Shown here: positions 49,545-57,837 of the stretch, in pieces
Layout of the letters: each line of letters begins with the position of its first letter
Numbering within the stretch: the stretch's first letter is position 1
Assembly (NCBI GenBank): GCA_964562525.1
Contig: CAZLTL010000001.1
Span: 104,428 to 168,427 of the forward strand
Length of the DNA: 64,000 nucleotides
Source of the DNA: an uncultured bacterium
GTDB lineage: Bacteria; Omnitrophota; Omnitrophia; Omnitrophales; Aquincolibacteriaceae
Direction of reading: 5' to 3'
Translations under genes and position numbers: made by a program
The notes under the pieces: model-generated
What the model was told of the DNA's origin: nothing
The model's database searches: none
What the model saw: the letters and a program-made list of their open reading frames with translations, nothing else

Positions 49545-52500
49545 GGCTCCACTTCGCTTTCACAAATTCTAAAAGGCGCAATTGCAGCTCATTGACCTCG
49601 TTTTCAATTTGATCAAAAGCCTCTAATGCAACCGTCACTGTTTTGTGGTTTTTTAAATAATAAATTTGCGCTTTCGTGACCGGCTGCTTCAAAATTTTAG
49701 ACGCTGCCAACGCATAGATTTTAATCTGCAAATCATAACCCCGTTCCGTGGTCTTAGTCTCATCGCCTTCGGCTGTTTTATAATCCAACACCGTATACGC
49801 GCCTTCGGGATTCAAGTAAAGCACGTCGATCACGCCGTCAATCAATCCGCGGCGGGCATTCAAAACAAAACTGAGCTCGCGGCACACCTTGGATGACGCG
49901 CGCATTTCACGGAACAAATCCGTCGCAAAAAATCCGCTCAGTATCTTTCCTGCCTCGCTTCTTTTTTGATCGGAAAATCCCGCAAACAGCGCGTCCATAC
50001 TCTTCGCATCCAGCGTTTTTTCAGGCCGCGCCCAATCTAAAAACTCAAGCGCGCGATGCATGCGGGTTCCAAAGTCTGCGGCATCTTCACCGCGCACCGC
50101 CGGTTCCTGCTGCGCCATCACATCACGCATTTCCTCCTGCGGCAAACTCCAACCTTGTCCATAAACATTCCAAAAACGTTCCGGATCTTTCAAGAAAAGA
50201 ACGTAAGCGCTGACAGGCAAATCAATCACTTTCGAAAACTCGGGCTGATAAACCGTTTCAACCCGTTTTATTATTTGGGCGGATTGAGGAGAAAGCTCTT
50301 TTTCGGATTTCACAAAGGGCGCGCCGCTTTTCGCGGTCATGAGCCAGTCCTTAAAAGCCGGCATTTCGGCAGAACAAGCCGGTGCAGGGGCGCGGAACGC
50401 AGGCGCCAAGGCCGCGGCTTCTTCCGTAGCCACTTCAAATGATTCTTGCTCCGACATCACCCATTCCATCCACGAAGCCATATCTGCGTAGCCTTCTCTT
50501 TCAGTTTTAACCGGTCTATGCACACCGCTTAAAATCAAATGTTCTTCCGCACGCGTTACCGCCACATAAAAAAGACGCTTTCGCTCCGTATGACTTTGAC
50601 GATCCTGATGTTCTCCGATTTGGTCATGCGACCATACCGCTTCGTTTTTCCCCGTAATCGGATTTTTAACTTTGATGGCCCAGCCGGCATAAGGCAAAGC
50701 AAGTACGGGACTGCGTTCCTGATTGTTTTTGCGGCGCCCCAAATCAGCCAAAAAAACATAAGGAAACTCGAGACCTTTCGCCGCGTGAATGGTCATCAGC
50801 CGCACCGCCTGCACTTCCTCTCCCGCCGCGTGATGGTCGGACTCACGCACCTCCTGAAACTGAAGTCTGCGGACCAACGCTAAAAAACGGTGAATCGACA
50901 AACGTCCGCGGCTTTCCTGTTTGCGGGCAAGCTGAATAAATTTACGCACATGACCATAACGGCGAATCCCCGCGGTTTGCGCTAAAGCCCAAACTGCGTA
51001 ACCTGTTTTTTGTACGGCATTTTCAATTAAATCACTTAAGCGGCCGGCATCTTTACGTTTGCGCCAAATCTGAAATTGATGAAAAAAAGTTTCCAGCTTT
51101 TGCTTCTCAGCGTCGGACAATTCCGTGATTTCACGGAACTTCAGCAGCCCGTCATAAAGAGGCAACCGCTCATCCTGCGCCTTCGCTTTTTCCGCAAGCC
51201 AAAATAAAGTTTCATCATTCACCCCTACGAATGGCGAGCGCAGAAGCGCTGCCAAAGCCACATCCGACAACGGATTCTGTAAGCATTCCAAGAAACTAAT
51301 TAAGTCGCGGATTTCCGGCTGCTCATAAAAACTCATCCCCGACACCGAAACATAAGGAATTCCGGCACGGCGCAAAGCATATTCATACAGCGCGCTATGC
51401 GTCATCGCGGAAAAGAGAACGGCCATTTTTCCGTAAGAAACCCCCTCGTCGTTTAACTGGACCATGCGCGCGGCAATCCGGCTACCTTCACGCAAACGGT
51501 CTTCCGCCGCGCCGCCCTCCACATCGGAAGCCACAACCAAAAGCTCGGGCTTGCGCCCAATATTTCCCGGATTTTTATTTTGCTTCGCCGCGGACAACTT
51601 TGAAAAATGAAAACCGTCTTCTTCCCAAAGTTTTTCAAAAAACGTGTTGGCAAAATCAATCACGCCGGATTCACTGCGGAAGTTATCCGCCAAATCAATT
51701 TTAAGTGCGGCTTTAGAGCCTTCAAATTCGGCTTCGGTTTCAAGAAAAAGCTTCGGCTCCGCGCCGCGGAACGCGTAAATTGACTGTTTGTAATCGCCCA
51801 CCAGAAAAATCTCCGCCTGCGGCATTAAAAAACGCACTAACTCCATCTGCAAATGACTGGTGTCCTGAAATTCATCCACAAATACATAGCGAAATTGACG
51901 GCGCAGCGCGTTCGCCACAATTTTCGCGCCCGGATGAGAAAGCCGCAGCATTTGCGCGGCGCGCACCTGCAAATCATCAAAATCGAGGCCGTTTTGAATT
52001 TGTTTTTTTTGAATGTACAGGCTTTCAAACTTGAGCGCCGCCTGCTCGAACAAACCCATGGTCTCTTCCGCGAACTTTTCAAATTGAAAAGGCAGCCACT
52101 CTTCTTTGATGATTTTTTTAAATGGCGTCACCTTAGGCGAGCGGCTTAATGATTCAAACCACTCACGAAAAAGAACCGCCTCTTCCCAGCCTTGTAGATC
52201 GGCATTCATCCAACGCGTCCATCCCGCATGATCAAACTTATCTCCGGCATTTTCGGCAGCTTCGCAAGCCCGGGCTTTGAATAAAAGCTTCTGTTCTTGA
52301 ACACGTTCGGCACGGATTTTTTTCCATTTCGGAAAATAGGCCGGTAAATCGAGCCCTTCTTGTCCGGCGGTATGATAAACACTCAAAATAGCTTCGCGCA
52401 GCCCATGCTCGCCGTAAGCTTGAAATAACGCAAAAGCAGGAGCCCGCGTTTCAAACAAAGACGCAATCGCTTCATCCAGCGCTTCTTCTTTGAAGAGCTC

Positions 52501-52860
52501 CGCTTCTTCATTTTCAAGAACGCGGAATTCAGGATCAACCCCCGCTTCCACCGGATGATTGCGTAAAAGGCGGGCTGAAAAACCGTGAAAAGTAGAAATA
52601 TATGCCGACTCCAAATCCTGCCGCGCGGCGGTCAGATTTTCTTCCTGAAAACGGCGGGATAAACGCTGTTTTATTTCGCCGGCTGCTTTTTCGGTGAAAG
52701 TCAAAATCAGGAGTTCTGAGACAGGCACGCCTCGGCGCGCGACAAGCTCTACGGCCCTTTCAACCAGGGTCCGGGTCTTTCCCGTCCCCGCTCCGGCGGA
52801 AATAAGGGCATGGAGCCCTTTGAGGCTAACCGCTTTTTTCTGATCTTTTGTCAATTTCAT
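49537..52860 (-). CDS. UvrD/PcrA-like helicase fused to a C-terminal PD-(D/E)XK nuclease (AddA/RecB-like), ~1107 aa
   Basis: It has the Walker A ISAGAGTGKT. A UvrD-like helicase core follows. The C-terminal nuclease reads GLIDGVIDVLYLNPEGAYTVLDYKTAEGDE. No addB-like partner is adjacent. Confidence 0.8.
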   Translation of the reverse strand: MKLTKDQKKAVSLKGLHALISAGAGTGKTRTLVERAVELVARRGVPVSELLILTFTEKAAGEIKQRLSRRFQEENLTAARQDLESAYISTFHGFSARLLRNHPVEAGVDPEFRVLENEEAELFKEEALDEAIASLFETRAPAFALFQAYGEHGLREAILSVYHTAGQEGLDLPAYFPKWKKIRAERVQEQKLLFKARACEAAENAGDKFDHAGWTRWMNADLQGWEEAVLFREWFESLSRSPKVTPFKKIIKEEWLPFQFEKFAEETMGLFEQAALKFESLYIQKKQIQNGLDFDDLQVRAAQMLRLSHPGAKIVANALRRQFRYVFVDEFQDTSHLQMELVRFLMPQAEIFLVGDYKQSIYAFRGAEPKLFLETEAEFEGSKAALKIDLADNFRSESGVIDFANTFFEKLWEEDGFHFSKLSAAKQNKNPGNIGRKPELLVVASDVEGGAAEDRLREGSRIAARMVQLNDEGVSYGKMAVLFSAMTHSALYEYALRRAGIPYVSVSGMSFYEQPEIRDLISFLECLQNPLSDVALAALLRSPFVGVNDETLFWLAEKAKAQDERLPLYDGLLKFREITELSDAEKQKLETFFHQFQIWRKRKDAGRLSDLIENAVQKTGYAVWALAQTAGIRRYGHVRKFIQLARKQESRGRLSIHRFLALVRRLQFQEVRESDHHAAGEEVQAVRLMTIHAAKGLEFPYVFLADLGRRKNNQERSPVLALPYAGWAIKVKNPITGKNEAVWSHDQIGEHQDRQSHTERKRLFYVAVTRAEEHLILSGVHRPVKTEREGYADMASWMEWVMSEQESFEVATEEAAALAPAFRAPAPACSAEMPAFKDWLMTAKSGAPFVKSEKELSPQSAQIIKRVETVYQPEFSKVIDLPVSAYVLFLKDPERFWNVYGQGWSLPQEEMRDVMAQQEPAVRGEDAADFGTRMHRALEFLDWARPEKTLDAKSMDALFAGFSDQKRSEAGKILSGFFATDLFREMRASSKVCRELSFVLNARRGLIDGVIDVLYLNPEGAYTVLDYKTAEGDETKTTERGYDLQIKIYALAASKILKQPVTKAQIYYLKNHKTVTVALEAFDQIENEVNELQLRLLEFVKAKWSHA

Positions 52861-52985
52861 ATAAAAGTTGCCGATAAACAATGTGGGGTTACTCGAACGT
52901 CCGAGAATTATAGCTTTAAATGGGCTTTTCTGCGCATGGGTTTTGCGGTTGATTACAGCAGTATGACAAATCGGAGAATAAGATT

Positions 52986-53432
52986 ATGACATCATCAGAG
53001 AAAAGAAAATTTGAGCGTTTTCCGATTCACGCATCAATCCACATTAAGGACACGAATCGAAATTGCCGCGCCATCACCTACTCCGACGATCTTTCAGAAG
53101 GCGGGCTTGCTTTTTACGCTTTAAAACCCATTCCCGAAGGATCCGAGCTGGAAATCAGCATCGGAGTGCGCGGACATATTTTTAAAATTGAAGCGCAAGC
53201 GGTTTATAGCGCCAACCGACCCACTAAAAAATTCTACAGAACCGGAGTAGAGTTTAAGGACAGCACCAGCGCATTTAAAGCCAAGCTAGCGGAAGAAGTC
53301 GTCCTCATCAAAGCCTATCAAAAACAGCTCAGCAAAGAAACGCATCATCGCATCTCCGAGTTTGACGCGGCAATTGATTGGATTGAAAAGAATGCAGCCT
53401 GCTTCGGAAGAATTGCCGCGCCTAAGAAGTAA
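52986..53432 (+). CDS. PilZ-domain protein (c-di-GMP receptor)
   Basis: The RxxxR motif is RKFERFPIH. The D.S.GG motif is DDLSEGGLAF. Confidence 0.8.
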   Translation: MTSSEKRKFERFPIHASIHIKDTNRNCRAITYSDDLSEGGLAFYALKPIPEGSELEISIGVRGHIFKIEAQAVYSANRPTKKFYRTGVEFKDSTSAFKAKLAEEVVLIKAYQKQLSKETHHRISEFDAAIDWIEKNAACFGRIAAPKK

Positions 53433-53486
53433 CACTTAGGTCTCATCCGATTTTCTTTTGAGATGAGACACAGCTTTGAGAATTGC

Positions 53487-53516
53487 TCGAAATAACGAGC
53501 TCGTTATTTCGATTTT
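53487..53516 (+). terminator. Palindromic hairpin terminator after the PilZ gene
   Basis: TCGAAATAACGAGCTCGTTATTTCGA is followed by TTTTAAAAG. A second hairpin, GTCTCATC...GATGAGAC, lies at 53440-53469. Confidence 0.5.
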
Positions 53517-53526
53517 AAAAGAAAAG

Positions 53527-54255
53527 TTAGCCTTTCACGATCGGCTTATCGACTCTTTCTAAAACCGTAGCGGTCGGTTTCGCAAAATAATAGCCCTGCC
53601 CATAGCGAATACCCAGTTTGCGGACATACAGCAGGTCGGACTCATTCTCAATGCCTTCAGCAACCAAATGGGACCCATACATATTCGCGAGACGAACTAA
53701 TTCACGGACAATTTGCTGATGCAGCTTGTTTTCAGAAATCCCCATAATGAGAGCCAAATCAATTTTCATGTAATCCACTTTCAAAGAGGAAACAGCAAAA
53801 GTTTTAGGCCCGATATCGGTAAAGTCATCCAAAGCCACTTGAAAATTTCTTTTGCGGATAAACGCGACGCCTTTGCGAATCGGCTCTAAATCCTTCATGC
53901 GCACGCCTTCGGTCAGTTCAAGCACAATCCGGTTGGCAAAAGGCTTTAATTTTCTAAGAAACTGATCACCAAGGCCTTTGGTCACAAAAGCCTGAAACAA
54001 AGTAATCGGCTCCAAATTGAGAAAAAGAAGTTTTCCCGGCGCCAGCTTGGGCAAAATTTTAACGGCGGAATTAAGGCAGGCAAAATCGAACTCCATCACC
54101 TCGCCGTCTTGATAAGACTCGCGCAGTAAGTTGAGCGGAGCTTTACCGTCAATCCGCGATAACGCTTCATAACCCAAAATATCGTGATCCACCAAATCAA
54201 CAATGGGCTGATAAACCGAACTCAAATCATGATATTTGGAATGTGCTGACGTCAT
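53527..54255 (-). CDS. Stand-alone EAL-domain protein (c-di-GMP phosphodiesterase; catalytic residues largely intact)
   Basis: YQPIVDL, YEALSR, FLNLE, ELTE, DDFTDIG (a degenerate DDFGTG), EGIE and GQGYYF are present. Confidence 0.8.
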   Translation of the reverse strand: MTSAHSKYHDLSSVYQPIVDLVDHDILGYEALSRIDGKAPLNLLRESYQDGEVMEFDFACLNSAVKILPKLAPGKLLFLNLEPITLFQAFVTKGLGDQFLRKLKPFANRIVLELTEGVRMKDLEPIRKGVAFIRKRNFQVALDDFTDIGPKTFAVSSLKVDYMKIDLALIMGISENKLHQQIVRELVRLANMYGSHLVAEGIENESDLLYVRKLGIRYGQGYYFAKPTATVLERVDKPIVKG

Positions 54256-54272
54256 GTCTCTTAAAATTCCTT

Positions 54273-54737
54273 TTATGCTGACTTTAAAAAATCAAGAATC
54301 TCAACTTCATGCTCTTTCGGAGTCACCTTGGGGTAAATTTTCTCGATTTTACCCGCTCCTGAAATAATAAAAGTCGCGCGTTGAACGCCCATATATTCGC
54401 GGCCATACATGCTTTTCTTTACCCAAACACCATAAGCCTTAGAAACTTCTTTTTCTTCATCCGCTAAAAGCAAAAAAGGAAGGCTGTATTTAGTGATAAA
54501 CTTTTCATGCGATTTTAGTGAATCGGGACTGACACCGATCACGACCGCTCCGGCTTTTTCAAATTTTTTATACGCATCACGAAAACCGCAAGCTTCCACC
54601 GTGCAGCCCGGAGTATCATCTTTGGGGTAAAAATAAAGTACAACCCGCTTCCCCTTAAAGCTTTTGAGAGAGACTGTTTCACCATTCGATGCCGGAATTT
54701 TAAAATCCGGAGCTTTATCCCCTTCTTTCAACGCCAT
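54273..54737 (-). CDS. bcp: Thioredoxin-dependent peroxiredoxin Bcp/PrxQ
   Basis: It carries FYPKDDTPGCT, which holds the peroxidatic Cys. Confidence 0.85.
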   Translation of the reverse strand: MALKEGDKAPDFKIPASNGETVSLKSFKGKRVVLYFYPKDDTPGCTVEACGFRDAYKKFEKAGAVVIGVSPDSLKSHEKFITKYSLPFLLLADEEKEVSKAYGVWVKKSMYGREYMGVQRATFIISGAGKIEKIYPKVTPKEHEVEILDFLKSA

Positions 54738-54787
54738 AAATCTCCTTAGAGAAAACTATATTTAAATCGTTCAAAAACCAGAATTTT

Positions 54788-54912
54788 AAAATCGCTCAAA
54801 AAGTTTAGCTGCAAGGAACCAAACAAGCAACCGAGGAGACGCACTGAAAGCGTGCGTCGCACGAGCGCTGCGAAGTTTATGACGCAGCAGATGAACCTTT
54901 TTCAGCTATTTT
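54788..54912. repeat. REP/BIME-like structured intergenic element, copy e (trx-like|bcp spacer)
   Basis: Core is CGAGGAGACGCAC-TGAAAG-CGTGCGTCGCACGAGCGCTGCGAAGTTTATGACGCAGCAGATGA. The inner hairpin sequence is changed but still complementary. The flanks AAAATCGCTCAAAAAG and CCTTTTTCAGCTATTTT are complementary. Confidence 0.6.
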
Positions 54913-55492
54913 ACCCAAAATAGTCCGGCTCAAATCCGGGTCGCCACTTAATATTACACCCTAAACTCGGTTTCTGCTCGCCCGAAATTGTATTCCCAGC
55001 CAGCAAAGCATCGGTCGCAGCCCGCAAATCTTTACCGGTTACCGACAACCCATTTTTGGGTCGGCTGTCATCAAATTGCCCGCGATAAACCAGCTTTAAA
55101 CCGCCGTCAAAGATAAAAAAATCGGGCGTACAAGCCGCGCGATAGGCTTTGGCCGCGGCTTGAGATTCATCATACAAATAGGGAAAAGAAAATGAAAGCG
55201 TCTGCGCCATTTCTTTCAGCTGAGACGGGTGGTCGTCGGGATAATTCTGGGCATCATTCGAGCTTATCGCAACAACTCCAACTTCTTTGTTTGCGTAATC
55301 GCGGCCGAATTGCGCAAGCTCCTTTTCAATATGCTTCACATACGGGCAATGTCTGCAAATAAACATCACCACCAGCCCCTTGGCTTTTTTCTCGGCAAGG
55401 ATGCTTTCCTTTTGACCGTTCACAACATTCACGAGTTCAAAGTCAGGAGCTTTCGTTCCTAAGGTCATCATGGTGGAAGGTGTCAAAACCAT
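54911..55492 (-). CDS. Thioredoxin-fold protein with CxxC (CRHCPY) motif
   Basis: LVVMFICRHCPYV is present. Thioredoxin-like secondary-structure spacing is present. The family is not resolved. Confidence 0.55.
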   Translation of the reverse strand: MVLTPSTMMTLGTKAPDFELVNVVNGQKESILAEKKAKGLVVMFICRHCPYVKHIEKELAQFGRDYANKEVGVVAISSNDAQNYPDDHPSQLKEMAQTLSFSFPYLYDESQAAAKAYRAACTPDFFIFDGGLKLVYRGQFDDSRPKNGLSVTGKDLRAATDALLAGNTISGEQKPSLGCNIKWRPGFEPDYFG

Positions 55493-55513
55493 ATCAATCT
55501 CCTTTACTCAAAG

Positions 55514-56503
55514 CTAGAGAACATCCGAACAAAGCAAAACTTGCTGAAAAAAACCATCACATTGTTTTTGAAAGATAATTAACCCGGCCGTATAAGCAAG
55601 GTAAATAACCAGTAAAATTAAGCCGGCTTTTTTTCCGGCCCGTCCGCGCCAGAACGCTGCGATTAAAACCAAAATCAAAAGCAGCATCACCGAATACGAA
55701 TAGCGGCGCGTGAATTCATTAATTTCTAAGGCCTGAATCGAAGCCGCGCCGCCCGCGACCAAAGTCAAATTCACAATATTGGCCGCTAAAATATTCCCAA
55801 CCGAAAGATCCGACGCATCGCGCCGCGCGGAAATCACCGCGGTAATAAACTCCGGCAAAGAAGTTCCAAATGCAATCAGAGTCAGGCCGATGATAATTGA
55901 AGAAATCCCCAATCGCTCAGCGAGACTAACCGCGCTCGTAACAAGCAAACGGCTCCCGATTAAAATCAAAACCGCTCCCACCACAAACCAAAACCATTGC
56001 TTCGCAATCGGCTGAGCGACAGCTTCATCCACCCCTTCTTCGAGCATGGAGGTTTGACGCTTCATCTGAAAATAATCGTTGATCAAATATCCCGCCGCAA
56101 GCGCACACAGTAAAAAACCAGCCCAACGTTCAAGACGCAAAGACCAAGAAAGCATCACAAGCCCTACGGCTGCCGTAAACATCCAAACCGCGCGTGGGCG
56201 AAACTCCTCAATGCGGATCACCATCGGCGACATTAAAGCCACCACGCCGATCACAAAACCGGAATTCACAATCACCGAGCCCACGGCATTGCCAATCGAC
56301 AAACCGCCATGCCCGGAAGCACTGGCCGTTAAAGAAACGATGAGTTCCGGTGCAGTTGTCGCGAGCGTCACTAAAGTTCCGCCAACCAAGATACGCGGCC
56401 AACGAAAATGGCGCGCAATCACAATACTCGCGTCCACAAACCAACCGCCGCCTTTCACCACCAAAAGGAAAGCCACTATCATCAAACCTAAATCAAAAAT
56501 CAT
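55514..56503 (-). CDS. Ca2+/Na+ (cation) antiporter, CaCA family
   Basis: The two alpha-repeat motifs are GNAVGSVIVN and GTSLPE...ISARR. It has about 10 TM helices. Confidence 0.8.
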   Translation of the reverse strand: MIFDLGLMIVAFLLVVKGGGWFVDASIVIARHFRWPRILVGGTLVTLATTAPELIVSLTASASGHGGLSIGNAVGSVIVNSGFVIGVVALMSPMVIRIEEFRPRAVWMFTAAVGLVMLSWSLRLERWAGFLLCALAAGYLINDYFQMKRQTSMLEEGVDEAVAQPIAKQWFWFVVGAVLILIGSRLLVTSAVSLAERLGISSIIIGLTLIAFGTSLPEFITAVISARRDASDLSVGNILAANIVNLTLVAGGAASIQALEINEFTRRYSYSVMLLLILVLIAAFWRGRAGKKAGLILLVIYLAYTAGLIIFQKQCDGFFQQVLLCSDVL

Positions 56504-57507
56504 GCGGGCTCCTGTTCGACCAATTTCAATCCACGCAAAACGTCATCATGCAGCCAGCCGTTCGTCGCGAGAACCCCGCGATTTTTCGCCAAAGTTTTAC
56601 CCGCGCTAAAATCCAGTTCTTTTCCGTCCAAGTCGGATGCTTTTCCGCCCGCCTCTTCAATTGCAATTACGCCCGCGGCGGCATCCCAAATTTTCTCTTC
56701 ATAATCAGGATTGGACTTGGGCAAAAGGCGAAAGAAAATATCACCGCGGCCCGCAGCGACCAAGGCATGCTTGGCTTGACTGTCCAAAAGATGCGGCTCA
56801 GGTTTCATGCCCAGTTTTTGCCGCAAAATTTCGGTGCGATTATGGCTGGTGTGCTTACCGTGAAACGACGTCACAATCAACGCGTCTTCAATTTTCTTTT
56901 GTGAGGACACATGCAGCCGCGTCCAAGCTTGCCCCTCCGTAATCGGCGCCGACCAAGCCCCGTGTCCGCGCCCCGCCAAAACAAGCAACCCATCGCCCTT
57001 CGCGCCGTGCAAGCAATCCATATTGGGACATCCGAGCGCTCCAAACACCACTTTGCCTTTTTTTATATGCGCAAGCGCCACTGCGTATTGACGTCCATCA
57101 ATGTAGCCGCGCGTTCCGTCAATAGGATCCAAAGTCCAAAAATCTTCGCCGCATTCACTGGCACCGTTTTGAATCCAATTAATCACATCTAAAGGCTGCG
57201 CGGAGGGATAAACGGTTTGTACAAATTGAATGGCTTGGCGTAAAACTTTTTGTCCGGCTTCGGATTGAAGCTCTTCCACGGTTTCTTCTCCGACCAGCAC
57301 CGATCCCGGAAACGCTTTCATCAGTTTCGCGCTGATCACAGCCTGCACGGCAAAATCCGCAACGGTAACAGGAGAATGATCTTCTTTGATCATCGATTGA
57401 CCGGCCATGGCAATATATACTTTGCGCGCAAGCAGCATCCCCGCACGCACCGCGTCCCAAGCAAATTTAAATTCCGGCAAATCTTGAACTGTTTTCAACA
57501 CCATCTC
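56500..57507 (-). CDS. Inositol-monophosphatase / CysQ-family phosphatase
   Basis: WTLDPIDGTRGY and the metal-binding motifs EE..D.DG are present. The start MVLKTVQD is preferred. The 92-aa Cys-rich N-terminal extension in the track ORF looks non-coding. Confidence 0.75.
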   Translation of the reverse strand, partial: EMVLKTVQDLPEFKFAWDAVRAGMLLARKVYIAMAGQSMIKEDHSPVTVADFAVQAVISAKLMKAFPGSVLVGEETVEELQSEAGQKVLRQAIQFVQTVYPSAQPLDVINWIQNGASECGEDFWTLDPIDGTRGYIDGRQYAVALAHIKKGKVVFGALGCPNMDCLHGAKGDGLLVLAGRGHGAWSAPITEGQAWTRLHVSSQKKIEDALIVTSFHGKHTSHNRTEILRQKLGMKPEPHLLDSQAKHALVAAGRGDIFFRLLPKSNPDYEEKIWDAAAGVIAIEEAGGKASDLDGKELDFSAGKTLAKNRGVLATNGWLHDDVLRGLKLVEQEPA

Positions 57508-57571
57508 CTTTTTAAAACAAGACAAAATTATAACAGACGAAGTCACCCAACTACAGATCAACAATTTAAAC

Positions 57572-57602
57572 CTACACTCCGCTTTCGAGGTTTCGTTCCG
57601 CA
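57572..57602. other. Perfect 11-bp hairpin in a 330-bp divergent intergenic region
   Basis: The sequence is CTTTCGAGGTT-tcgttccgc-AACCTCGAAAG. There is no flanking T-run. Confidence 0.4.
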
Positions 57603-57837
57603 ACCTCGAAAGTGAACAAAATGGGAAACATCTGCTGCCACACAAACACATGTTTCTCAGCTTAACAGCCCCCTCCCCCTTTTTTGCGAAAAGCTTAAAA
57701 CTAAACTCTTGGAATGCGAGTTCCGCGCCAAAGGACGCGGCTGTCTGAGCAGAACAAGAGTTTGGTTTTAAGCTCTGCCCCAATTAACAAAACTATTTAC
57801 TATTGGCGATAAGCCTCAAGCTCTCTATACTTAGCAA

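Noticed and set aside
56500-57783. Full 427-aa ORF for the IMPase-family gene
   Set aside because: The first 92 residues are Cys-rich and unlike any IMPase N-terminus. The homologous N-terminus starts at MVLKTVQD (about 57507).
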